From Candidatus Omnitrophota bacterium (GTDB lineage Bacteria > Omnitrophota > Gorgyraeia > Zapsychrales > Zapsychraceae), in NCBI GenBank assembly GCA_029261055.1, contig JAJDCA010000071.1, forward strand, positions 89,778 to 153,777: a DNA stretch of 64,000 bases, given 5' to 3'. A model generated the notes under the pieces. That model saw only the letters and a list, made by a program, of their open reading frames with translations. It ran no database searches and was not told the origin of the DNA. A program made the position numbers and the translations under genes. Below, one piece after another: positions 10,240 to 20,181 of this stretch; position 1 is the stretch's first letter; each line of letters starts with the position of its first letter.

Positions 10240-13200
10240 ATGAACATCGCTATTCAAAAACAACGTACAAATTTATTTTATCGCCTCTTGTCCGCCTTTG
10301 TGGCTATGGCATTCTTAGTCACAACCATTGTGCCGACTGGTTTTGCCCAGGGCGTTATTCCATCCAGCCCTGCAACCACCCTGAACTTACCTATTCCCGG
10401 AACTATGGTAGGCATGAGTGAAGGGTTTACACCAGCGATGGTCAAGGGGCTGACAATCCACCCTGAAAATCCACTTTTGTTTGACTTTATTGTGGGAACA
10501 GGAGATACAAACTTAGATGGGGAGGCATTAAAGGAAGAATCGCGAAAATTAATTAAATATTTCCTTGCTTCTTTAACCGTGCCGGAGCAGGAAATGTGGG
10601 TTAACCTCAGCCCCTATGAAGCCGACCGCATTATTCCGGGAGGCTTGGGAGATACGGAGATGGGTCGGGATATGTTGGCTCAGGATTACCTGCTCAAACA
10701 ACTCACATCATCGCTGATGTATCCGGAGGACGAACTTGGCGAAGCATTTTGGGAACGGGTGCATGAAAGGGCTTACGAAGAATTTGGGACGACCGATATC
10801 CCGATGAATACGTTTAACAAAATCTGGATCGTGCCGGAAAAGGCTGTTGTTTACGAACATGAAGAAGATGCCAGCGCCTATGTGGTGGAGAGTCATCTGA
10901 AAGTGATGTTAGAGGAAGATTACGAAGCGTTGAACAAAAATAAAATCAACGCTGAGTCCCGAGCGACCCTCGATAATGATTCGTTGCGAGGGATTTCCAC
11001 GGAAATCATCCGTCAAATCCTTATCCCCGAAATCGAGCGTGAAGTCAATCAAGGCAAGACATTCGCCAATCTCCGCCAAATTTTCAACTCTATGATCCTG
11101 GCCACGTGGTACAAACAGAATTTAAAGCAAAGCCTTTTAGGGCAGGTGTATGTCGATCAAAACAAGACTAAGGGGGTCGACACGCAAGACAAAGCGGTCA
11201 CACAGAAAATTTATGATCAGTATATCGAAGCCTTTCGCAAAGGTGTTTATGATTACATTCGGGAAGATTACGATCCTGCCACCCAACAGATTATCCCACG
11301 CAAATATTTCTCAGGTGGGATTAAGGCCAATTTGGCTATGCTGGTTAAGCTTCAGACCATTAAGCCCGGGAATGATGTTTCCGTAGGAAATTTAGAAAAT
11401 TTGTTTTATGGGAACGAAGATACTTACAAACTTAGAACTGAGGTAACAGATTTAGGAATGGCATCAGAACCAATGGAGGTCATTAATAAAGCGGTTAAAA
11501 AAATCTCAGAATTGACAATTGAAAGTACGAAAAAAAGTGCTGGCCGTTTTAAAAGAAAGTTTGGAAAATTTAAAAAACAGGTTGTCTTTGCGTCAATCAT
11601 GACTGTCTTGTTTTTAGGATACATTCCCCTTTCATTGTACGCAAAAACATTTACTCAAGAAGAAGTGACGTCAAAATTTGCGCAGGGCATTTTAAGTCTT
11701 TCAGATCCTAATACGCGTATTCCTCCAAGTCATTTCGGCCATCCTGGATACGAAAATTTATCTTTTCTTTATGACCAAAGTATTAATCCTATGCTTCTGA
11801 AGGTCGCTGGTGATCAAGAAGAGGCAGAATATATAATTGATTATTTTACGCAAAGATTACATATCCCTTTAAGCGAAGTGATCAAGAATGCCAATTTAGA
11901 TGGAATATATGGGATATTAAAAACTTTAGAAGGGAATAAGGGCAGGAGTGAATTTGTTGTCAGTTTAATCAATGCTGTCGACCGTACGTCAACAAAACGT
12001 CAGGGACAGGGGTTGTTGGAATATTTGACAACCCCAGGGCCTATGTCTTTTATGATTCTTTCCATGATCAACGTTAATCCGGCAAAATATTTGACGGACG
12101 CTGTAACATTAGGTGAAGTTTTATTGTCTATGCGAAGATTTGACGGAGCTGTGATAGATGGTGATCGTTGGCCGAATAGAGTTCATACAGAACCCCATAT
12201 GGATGCCTTCGCTGCGTTTCTACAATTGTATCAGCTGACCCGTCAAAAACGATGGCTAGTGGCAGCTGAGCACGCCTATCAATGGTTTGAAACGAATGTT
12301 TATCATCCAGGCAAAGGTGAAATTTACCAGGGGATATGGGAAACAGGGCCAAGTACCATTTTTGCCACGGATGCGTATTCCTGGACAATGGCGGGACCCG
12401 CCGGAGATAGAATGTTTCTTGGAGATTTAGAAATATTTACAAATACAATGCTCACGAAAAGCCTTACACAGGTGACTTTAGAACTTCCCGATGGACAAAC
12501 AAAAACAATAATACTCGTTGATTTTACAGACCCGGGAAACGTGCACATGAAGATTACGGACCCTGATGCGCCTCAAGGTATGGTCGAGCGCGGAGGTTTT
12601 CATCCGATGGGCTCCATGGAATGGACCGGCGGGGTGATTCTGGCCTTACAAAAGAATGCCGTCCGGTTTTGGAATTCTGGCAAAGCGCATCATCAAGAAA
12701 CAGCCCAATTTTATAAAGGCTTGGCCGAACTTCTTATCAAAGAGTCCCTTCAGGGATTTTATGAGTTGGAAGGATTAGAAGGTTTGCTAACCTTTTATGC
12801 GACGGGACAGGGTGTGCCTGTAGGTCATGGCTGGGACACTCCTTTTTATAATGTTAATGGTAAATCCGGTCAAACTATCCGAGGAGGGAGCCCTGTTGGG
12901 GGTTGGCCGATATTACCTATGAACGGAGTGAATCCTTTCATTTTTAATGACAATTACAAAAAAGATTACGATAAGATTTCCATGAATACAGAGGCAAAGC
13001 AAAAGGCCCAAAAATATGTAAATAAAATAGTGGCGAATCGTTTTTTTCGAGAGAGTGTTCCCACAGAGACCCCGGAAGCAGCGACTCAAATTGTGGAACC
13101 GGGAAATTTTAATCTTCAAATGTGGGGGGCATTTAATAGAGGAGATTATCGAGAGGCCATTCGTTGGGCGGAAAAAGTGGTGGGTGATCCTGAATGGGTT

Positions 13201-16200
13201 CGTTTGGCGCAAAGGGATCAAAAACACAAAGCACAGAATATTGGAGGACTTGTGCGTTATAGATGGGGGGTATCACCAAGCCTAGTTCCCCAAGCAGAAT
13301 CCGCTATTTGGCGGTATCCACTCTTAAACGAGATGGGGGCGGCGATGTGGGGTCTGGCCGCTTCGCATTATGAATTAGGGAATACAAAAGAAGTTAAGAA
13401 ATGGATGCGCCGTATTATTGAGGAAATTCCATATCATCAGATTTACGCCCCCAGTGGCCCTGGGTATTGGAACGCCCTGATTTCCTGGCAATATAATCCG
13501 GGAGGACATCATCGAGATAGGAAGATGGGTGTTATTTATAAACAGGTTTTAAGCGAGATGGGCCTACGTTCTGCAGCCCCCAAAGAAGTTTCGGTTCGGG
13601 GAAAGGCATTTACTTCATCATCGAAAGATACGCAAAGGGAATCAGGTATTGAAGAAAGAGTTACGCCGCCTCATCCAAAGCTTTCTTCAGATGGATCTAA
13701 AATAGATCGAGAAATTATTTCTTATCTCCAACAGCTCACGATTGCTGATCCTCATGCAGCTAAAAATAGCCGTTCATTTAAAAGAATTGAAAATATGGGA
13801 GAGGAGGCCGTTCCTTCATTGATCAGGATTGTCCAAAAGCATGAAGTCGAAGGTGACCCGCTTAAATGGGCAGCATATCTATTGGGCGTTATTGGTGATG
13901 AAAAGGTTAGGCCGGTTATTGAAAGCATTATTAATGATTCTTCTTATCCTTGGTATGTCCACACAGAAGCAAGAAATGGGCTTAATATTTTGAAACAAAA
14001 ATATCAAGGTCAAAAGGGAGGAGACCTTGATTCTGTTGAGCCCGGAGTTGATCAAAAGGTTGTTTCTTATCTTGAACAACTGACAATTCCCGATCCTAAC
14101 GCGGCTAAGTATAGTCAGCCATTTCGGGCCATTGTAAATATGGGAGAAAAGGCTGTTCCTACGTTGATCAGGGTTGTCCAAAATCGTGAAATTGTAGGTG
14201 ACCCGCTTAAGTGGGCGGCATATTTGTTGGGGGTTATAGGAGATGAAGAAGTTGAGCCAGTTCTTCAGAGGGTTATTAATGATTCTTCTTATCCTTGGTA
14301 TGTCCAAACAGAAGCAAAGAATGGATTACGGGTATTAAACCGCAGGCTTGATAATTCCATGATGGGTATGTCCCTTCGACAGAAACTAACTTTTGTCATT
14401 GCATGGTTTCTGGTTCTATTCTCTCCGGATAATGTATCGTCTTCAAATTTGTTTGAGTCTTTACACGCAAAGAGAGCTAAGGATATTCGTGAAGAATTTC
14501 CTTACACAAAAAAGGAGTTTGAGGCAATTGTGCAGGAGGTGATGAAAGCTATTGAGAGAAAATATGTTACAGGCGCAGGGAGTAATGTAGGCATATCGAG
14601 AGTTGAAGAGAAAAGAGGGGACTTTAAATCATGGGTCATCAAACAAATTCTTTTGGTATCGGAAGGGGAAGGTGGAAAGGGGGTGGATGGAGAAAAAGAG
14701 AGTGAATCGGAAGGATATAAATCTATGTCCGATAAAGTAGAACGTATTCGTACACTGATTAAAGATGGAGAATATCAAGATGTGATTAATATTTTTGATA
14801 ATCGCTCCTCGTCCCGGTATTCTAAAAAAGGTGATGATCCTAGTATTGATGAATTATTAGAATTTGCTCCGGATCTTGTTTTAGAGTTACTGAGAAATTA
14901 TTTTGATCAAACCGTCGAATTAATTTTACGTAAAGCAGATCATGGGAATGCGATAAGTGAATTTATTAGTAGTCTGATAGAAAAGCCTGAAGGAATTCCT
15001 TTTGCCATAGATATTATACAATATCTTAAGAACAAATTTAAATTGCTGAAGAAGGTAAATGGAAGTTATCCTGTACCCGATAAGGAACCAGTTATAGTTA
15101 TGCAGAAAGGTGAGCAATTATATTCTGAGACGATTCAAAATATATTGAAGAATTTATTTTATAAAAGTAAAATAATGGGAAGTTTACAGGGAGCAAGCCA
15201 GGAATTTTATAATGCCTTGGGCAAGGAATTTGGAACAGATTGGGTGTCTTTGTGGGAGGCAAAGGTTTTGCAACCTCAGTTGAACCGTGACATTGAACAA
15301 ATGAAATTAGCGATTGCAGATACCAATTCGCAAATCTCAACTAAATTATCAACGATCGCGAAAGAATTGATTGTAGTTCCAACGGAGGTTGGGAGTAAGT
15401 TTGATAATCGGAAAGAGATGCTGGATAAGAATTTGGGAGAAATAAAACAAAATTTAAATTCTTTAAGTACGGCCTTACGCAATCAGAGCGATAAAATATT
15501 CGAAGTAACTGAGTTGAATAAGTTTGCTAACCGTGCTGATTTGCTTATTCCGTGGTTGCATGCTTATAGAGTTAATTATTATTTAAGTGGACCTATTTTT
15601 TTGGACACTTATATGAGTAATTTTTCGGAAATACGCGGGAAATTCATGCACAGGGCTTTTGAATTGAGAGAATTTGCAAGGCAAAGAGGCATTCTTGCAG
15701 ATATCGCATCATATTATATTTTTATAGAAAAGGAGATTTCTGAGTTAATAGAATTATCAAGGGATGGGAAAGATTTTGATAAAAATTCCATAACACACAG
15801 TGAGTTCTTGAAAAAAATCGGTTTAGCATATTATGAGTTTTGGGAAATAAAGGGGGAGAATAATTATTTAGGTCTTGCCGAGGATTATAAAAATCAGTTT
15901 TATGATAGGCTAGAAGAAGAAACAGGAAAGCATTATGAGAGGTTGGATGTGATTGAATTTTATGCATCTTTACAAGAAGGTTCAGATGAGCTGGGAATCC
16001 TGGCAGGGAGATTGAAAGATGATCGTGTGCAAAGTATTAAAAAAGTTTTTACTTCGGGACTTCCTCCTGTTTTTGCTGCATCGCTTGAGATCGTTAGTTA
16101 TGACCCAGAGAAAACATTGAAAGAAATAAAAGCTATTGCTGAAAAAATATTAAAAAATTACGCAATGGTGAGTAAGAAAAGTATTAAAAATTATTTGGAA

Positions 16201-16905
16201 ACAGAGGGATATGATAATCTTTTAATGTGGTTAAGGAATATCAAGAATGATAGACAACGCCCAAGGTTTATTCATGGTAGCAATACGAAAAATGTAACAA
16301 AATTATTAGAATGGTATTTTGCGCGTGAAGAATGGGAGCTCAGTAAAGAACATAAAGATGGAAACAAGGAAAAGATTTTTGAGAAGTATAAAGATATCAT
16401 TAATGATTTGGATCCTTTTAGTAAGCTGAGAATGGAGATAGTTGGGGTGTTAAAGAAAATGGGGATTAATGATTCTAATTTTATGGAACATAGAGAGTAT
16501 ATATTAGAAGTGGCGAAATCTATTCATGATGCGAGAAATGCATCGCAAGATACTGATGAGGCCATGATGGTCAATAAAGAAAATTTTGGCGGTATCAACC
16601 TTGACCCTGCCATGTTGGACTTACAAATTAAACGCGATGGCAAGGGGGTGCCGTTGCCGGTGGGGGATCAGGATTTTTCCATGATGCACATTCAAGGATT
16701 TTTGCCGATTATTATTAATGTGACGCCAGTTTCGCTGCCGGCCCTGCTTGGCTTTGTGGATACTTTACCTGGCGAACAGACGGGTTTGCCTGTGGCGAGC
16801 TCTGGTGGATTAGTGGGTGATGTTAGCTTGTGGCTTGAGGATTGGAATAGGTTCTTGCTGCGGCAGGATGACGACATTTCTGTATTAAGCCTTCGATATG
16901 GTTAA
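10240..16905 (+). CDS. Giant secreted modular protein (2221 aa): conserved N- and C-domains with cargo comprising a putative (alpha/alpha)-barrel glycosidase-like domain, a TPR-like domain, two HEAT-like repeats and helical regions
   Basis: Sec signal peptide; residues ~45-360 and the GGINLDPAMLDLQIKRDGKGVPLP C-domain align with 24209..27634; internal signal-like segments at 11530-11643 and 14368-14445. Confidence 0.85.
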   Translation: MNIAIQKQRTNLFYRLLSAFVAMAFLVTTIVPTGFAQGVIPSSPATTLNLPIPGTMVGMSEGFTPAMVKGLTIHPENPLLFDFIVGTGDTNLDGEALKEESRKLIKYFLASLTVPEQEMWVNLSPYEADRIIPGGLGDTEMGRDMLAQDYLLKQLTSSLMYPEDELGEAFWERVHERAYEEFGTTDIPMNTFNKIWIVPEKAVVYEHEEDASAYVVESHLKVMLEEDYEALNKNKINAESRATLDNDSLRGISTEIIRQILIPEIEREVNQGKTFANLRQIFNSMILATWYKQNLKQSLLGQVYVDQNKTKGVDTQDKAVTQKIYDQYIEAFRKGVYDYIREDYDPATQQIIPRKYFSGGIKANLAMLVKLQTIKPGNDVSVGNLENLFYGNEDTYKLRTEVTDLGMASEPMEVINKAVKKISELTIESTKKSAGRFKRKFGKFKKQVVFASIMTVLFLGYIPLSLYAKTFTQEEVTSKFAQGILSLSDPNTRIPPSHFGHPGYENLSFLYDQSINPMLLKVAGDQEEAEYIIDYFTQRLHIPLSEVIKNANLDGIYGILKTLEGNKGRSEFVVSLINAVDRTSTKRQGQGLLEYLTTPGPMSFMILSMINVNPAKYLTDAVTLGEVLLSMRRFDGAVIDGDRWPNRVHTEPHMDAFAAFLQLYQLTRQKRWLVAAEHAYQWFETNVYHPGKGEIYQGIWETGPSTIFATDAYSWTMAGPAGDRMFLGDLEIFTNTMLTKSLTQVTLELPDGQTKTIILVDFTDPGNVHMKITDPDAPQGMVERGGFHPMGSMEWTGGVILALQKNAVRFWNSGKAHHQETAQFYKGLAELLIKESLQGFYELEGLEGLLTFYATGQGVPVGHGWDTPFYNVNGKSGQTIRGGSPVGGWPILPMNGVNPFIFNDNYKKDYDKISMNTEAKQKAQKYVNKIVANRFFRESVPTETPEAATQIVEPGNFNLQMWGAFNRGDYREAIRWAEKVVGDPEWVRLAQRDQKHKAQNIGGLVRYRWGVSPSLVPQAESAIWRYPLLNEMGAAMWGLAASHYELGNTKEVKKWMRRIIEEIPYHQIYAPSGPGYWNALISWQYNPGGHHRDRKMGVIYKQVLSEMGLRSAAPKEVSVRGKAFTSSSKDTQRESGIEERVTPPHPKLSSDGSKIDREIISYLQQLTIADPHAAKNSRSFKRIENMGEEAVPSLIRIVQKHEVEGDPLKWAAYLLGVIGDEKVRPVIESIINDSSYPWYVHTEARNGLNILKQKYQGQKGGDLDSVEPGVDQKVVSYLEQLTIPDPNAAKYSQPFRAIVNMGEKAVPTLIRVVQNREIVGDPLKWAAYLLGVIGDEEVEPVLQRVINDSSYPWYVQTEAKNGLRVLNRRLDNSMMGMSLRQKLTFVIAWFLVLFSPDNVSSSNLFESLHAKRAKDIREEFPYTKKEFEAIVQEVMKAIERKYVTGAGSNVGISRVEEKRGDFKSWVIKQILLVSEGEGGKGVDGEKESESEGYKSMSDKVERIRTLIKDGEYQDVINIFDNRSSSRYSKKGDDPSIDELLEFAPDLVLELLRNYFDQTVELILRKADHGNAISEFISSLIEKPEGIPFAIDIIQYLKNKFKLLKKVNGSYPVPDKEPVIVMQKGEQLYSETIQNILKNLFYKSKIMGSLQGASQEFYNALGKEFGTDWVSLWEAKVLQPQLNRDIEQMKLAIADTNSQISTKLSTIAKELIVVPTEVGSKFDNRKEMLDKNLGEIKQNLNSLSTALRNQSDKIFEVTELNKFANRADLLIPWLHAYRVNYYLSGPIFLDTYMSNFSEIRGKFMHRAFELREFARQRGILADIASYYIFIEKEISELIELSRDGKDFDKNSITHSEFLKKIGLAYYEFWEIKGENNYLGLAEDYKNQFYDRLEEETGKHYERLDVIEFYASLQEGSDELGILAGRLKDDRVQSIKKVFTSGLPPVFAASLEIVSYDPEKTLKEIKAIAEKILKNYAMVSKKSIKNYLETEGYDNLLMWLRNIKNDRQRPRFIHGSNTKNVTKLLEWYFAREEWELSKEHKDGNKEKIFEKYKDIINDLDPFSKLRMEIVGVLKKMGINDSNFMEHREYILEVAKSIHDARNASQDTDEAMMVNKENFGGINLDPAMLDLQIKRDGKGVPLPVGDQDFSMMHIQGFLPIIINVTPVSLPALLGFVDTLPGEQTGLPVASSGGLVGDVSLWLEDWNRFLLRQDDDISVLSLRYG
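13702..14337 (+). repeat. Intragenic tandem duplication with 345-bp period, encoding HEAT/PBS-like units
   Basis: GDPLKWAAYLLGVIGDE...INDSSYPWYV.TEA.NGL occurs twice; identical DNA stretch ATTAATGATTCTTCTTATCCTTGGTATGTCCA. Confidence 0.95.
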
Positions 16906-17098
16906 TAAAAGTCGCGTAAGCGTATATCATTGAGCCTGTTCCAAGCGTTGATGTTTTACAGACAATATTTCTATTTTATTTTTTACAAATTTTTTTTCAC
17001 GTTGGCAAAAATAACGGCAGAATAGGTCCCGCCGCATTAAATCATTTTTTACGTTAATATATCTTGAACCTTAAGGTTTTTAAGGTACAATATCAGTT

Positions 17099-18025
17099 AT
17101 GAAAAAATATACTTTAGGTATTGATGTGGGGGGGACTAATATCAAGCTGGGATTGGTTAGTTCTGTTGGAAAGGTTGTTTCCAGAACTTGTTTAGATACA
17201 AGCAGTTTTAAGTCTAATAAGAATAAATTTATCCAGGGGATTGCTTTAGCTGCAGATGAATTAATGGAAGAAACCAAAATAAATCGGAAGGATATTTTGG
17301 GAGTGGGGGTTGGATTGCCAGGGCTTGTTGATCCAGTTAAAGGTGTGGTTAATTTTTTACCGAATATTTCAGGTTGGAAGAATATTCCATTCAAGAAACT
17401 TCTCCAAGATGAGCTCAAAATTCCTACCGTTATTGATAATGACGTTAACCTTGTTACTTTAGGCGAATGGCAATTCGGCGCCGGAAAAGGGTACAAAAAT
17501 TTTGTCTGTATAACATTAGGTACAGGAGTAGGAAGTGGTTTGGTATTAAATAATGATTTATACCGAGGAGAAGGAAACGTGGCTGGCGAATTAGGGCATA
17601 TACCCATTAATGAAAAAGGGCCTAAGTGTTCATGCGGAGGATGGGGTTGTTTTGAAAGTTATGTGGGTAATCAATATCTTATAGAAAAGGGATCAAAGAT
17701 ATTCAAAAATAAAAACATACAGTTGGAAGATGTTTTTAATTTGGCGAATCATGACAATGTGCGGGCTGTTCAATTTTGGGATGAAGTGGCTACGCATACA
17801 GGCAATGTTTTGGTTGGCATTATAAATTTGCTAAATCCAAGGTTGATTATCATTGGAGGCGGTGTTTCCAATAGTTATAAATATTTGGGTGCTACGATTA
17901 ATAAAATTGTCAAACAACGTGCTATGAAAATTCCAGCTTCTATGGTCAAAATTGTTAAGGCTAAATTAGGTGATGATGCCGGTCTTATTGGGGCTCATGT
18001 CTTGGTTAAGGAACGTAGTCGTTGA
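17099..18025 (+). CDS. glk: ROK-family glucokinase
   Basis: GIDVGGT, DNDVN, ITLGTGVGSG, GELGH...CSCG..GC.E. Confidence 0.9.
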   Translation: MKKYTLGIDVGGTNIKLGLVSSVGKVVSRTCLDTSSFKSNKNKFIQGIALAADELMEETKINRKDILGVGVGLPGLVDPVKGVVNFLPNISGWKNIPFKKLLQDELKIPTVIDNDVNLVTLGEWQFGAGKGYKNFVCITLGTGVGSGLVLNNDLYRGEGNVAGELGHIPINEKGPKCSCGGWGCFESYVGNQYLIEKGSKIFKNKNIQLEDVFNLANHDNVRAVQFWDEVATHTGNVLVGIINLLNPRLIIIGGGVSNSYKYLGATINKIVKQRAMKIPASMVKIVKAKLGDDAGLIGAHVLVKERSR

Positions 18026-20160
18026 ATATTAAATTTTCCCATAAAATATTAATTCTTAGTATTTTTTTAATGTCTTTTACTCTTCTTTGGCCTTTAACGA
18101 TTAAGGCTGAAGAGGAGCAAGGGCCAAAGACTTCGGTTGAACTTAACGGAGATGTCATTGAATATTCCGTTGAGGGCAATAAGATGATAGCCTCAGGAAA
18201 TGTGATTATTGTCCATAAAGGGACAACACTTACGTGCGATAAAGTGGAGTTCTTTCAAGATTCTCAAATGGCTAATGCTTTCGGGAATGTCCGTTTAAAG
18301 ACAGCGACAGGTGAAATAAGCGGAGACCAGTTAAGTTATAATTTTGGGTCGATGACAGGGGATTTTTCCGGCGCAAGGATTGTGGCCAAGCCTTATTATG
18401 GTGAAGGAAAAACAGTTTCCAAAGTTGACGAAAATAAGCTTGCGATAGATGTCAGTTCCGTGACAACCTGTGATTTAGATAAGCCGCATTATAAATTAGC
18501 CTCAAAGAAAATGGATGTTTACCCGGGGGATAAGATGGTTGCCCGGAATGTACGTTTACTCATCGGAAAAATCCCTTTTTTGTATCTCCCTCGTTTTACA
18601 CATAGCTTAAAGAAGAAAAAGCCTATTTTTCTTTTTACACCGGGGCATGATAAAGAATGGGGAAATTTCCTTCTTACGGCCTGGAATCATCAATTCAATG
18701 AATATATCGATTTAACCCTTCATTTAGATTATCGAACACAATTAGACCTGGCGTCAGGGTTTGATGTGGCGTATAAAACACCTAAAAACGGTAGCGGAAT
18801 TTTGCGCACCTATTACACTAACGAACGACGGCTTCAAAATAAAGATAACCTCATTGGAGAGCGCACAGCGCCTACCAAGGAGCGGGAACGATTTAAAATT
18901 GAATGGCGGCATAAGTGGAATATTGATAAAAAAACCAGCGCCATTATGCAGTATTATAAGTTGAGTGATAGTGAGTTTTTGAGAGATTTCTTTGAACGAG
19001 AAAATGAGGAGGATGTTTCCCCCAACACTTTTTTTCTATTAACACGCGCATTACCCAAAGCCACGTTAAGTTTTCGTACGGACGTACGTGTCAATCGGTT
19101 TGAATCGGCTGTAGAACGTTTGCCAGAGGTTCGTTTTGATTTAGCTAATCAACAATTGTGGAATACGGGGTTGTATCTTAAGAATACAACAACGTATTCG
19201 AATTTAACGAAAAAGACACCATCGCCGAGTGAAATTAGACAAAACACAATGCGTTTGCATATTAATAGTGAACTATCTTATCCCAAAAAAGTTGGGATTA
19301 TCGAATTTAAGCCTTTTGTCGGAGGCAGTCACACCTATTACAGTAAAACCAAGGAAATAGATAAGTATGATTCTATCCGGGGGGCATTTAGGACAGGAGC
19401 TAGTTTAAGTACAAAGTTTTTTAGAGTGTTTGATGTCAAATCAAATGTGTGGGGCTTGGATATTGATCGTTTAAGGCATATTATTACGCCAAGCATTGAT
19501 TATGGTTTTTCGGCTGACCCAACGATTCCAAATTCCGTTTTAGATTCTTTTGACAGTATTGATTCGATAACTAAAAGTCACAAAATTATATTTTCTTTGG
19601 AAAATAAATTGCAGACAAAGAGAAATGATAAAAGTGTGGATCTTTTACGGGCAATCATTAGTACACCCTTTAATTTAAAAGAAGATGCTGCTAAGGGTGG
19701 TTTTGGCGCTATTAGTACAGATATTGATTTTCGTCCCACCGAGTGGTTAACCTTGTATTTTGATTCAAGTTATGATACAAAGGCTGATCATTTAAGCACG
19801 GCTAATTTTGATTTGTACATCAATGGGGGGGAGAAATGGTCATGGCAGTTAGGAAAGCGATATAATCGGGATGCAGACGATCAAGTTACTTCTTTAGTGA
19901 AGTACAAATTAAATCAGAAATGGGCGTTGAGTATGTATGACCGTTTTGACATTGATGTTGCGACCCTCAAAGAGCAGGAATACATTATTACGCGTGATTT
20001 GCATGCTTGGGAGATGGATATAAGTTTTAATCAAACGCGAGGGCGAGGCAATGAGCTTTTATTGGTATTTAGGCTTAAGGCGTTTCCAGATATAGGTTTT
20101 GATGTAGGGTCAAGTTTTAATAAGCGAAAAGCAGGATCACAAAGTGTGATTGGAAAATAA
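18022..20160 (+). CDS. lptD: LPS-assembly protein LptD
   Basis: Signal peptide, OstA-like N-domain, TTCD..PHY, beta-barrel ending RDLHAWE. Confidence 0.85.
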   Translation: MNIKFSHKILILSIFLMSFTLLWPLTIKAEEEQGPKTSVELNGDVIEYSVEGNKMIASGNVIIVHKGTTLTCDKVEFFQDSQMANAFGNVRLKTATGEISGDQLSYNFGSMTGDFSGARIVAKPYYGEGKTVSKVDENKLAIDVSSVTTCDLDKPHYKLASKKMDVYPGDKMVARNVRLLIGKIPFLYLPRFTHSLKKKKPIFLFTPGHDKEWGNFLLTAWNHQFNEYIDLTLHLDYRTQLDLASGFDVAYKTPKNGSGILRTYYTNERRLQNKDNLIGERTAPTKERERFKIEWRHKWNIDKKTSAIMQYYKLSDSEFLRDFFERENEEDVSPNTFFLLTRALPKATLSFRTDVRVNRFESAVERLPEVRFDLANQQLWNTGLYLKNTTTYSNLTKKTPSPSEIRQNTMRLHINSELSYPKKVGIIEFKPFVGGSHTYYSKTKEIDKYDSIRGAFRTGASLSTKFFRVFDVKSNVWGLDIDRLRHIITPSIDYGFSADPTIPNSVLDSFDSIDSITKSHKIIFSLENKLQTKRNDKSVDLLRAIISTPFNLKEDAAKGGFGAISTDIDFRPTEWLTLYFDSSYDTKADHLSTANFDLYINGGEKWSWQLGKRYNRDADDQVTSLVKYKLNQKWALSMYDRFDIDVATLKEQEYIITRDLHAWEMDISFNQTRGRGNELLLVFRLKAFPDIGFDVGSSFNKRKAGSQSVIGK

Positions 20161-20181
20161 GAGAGAAAGGATTATTCTAAA

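Noticed and set aside
10955-10996. Possible REP remnant in polyprotein 1 at the loop equivalent to the REP in polyprotein 2
   Set aside because: Only weak symmetry (TCCC...GGGA) and no GTAG end; cannot be supported
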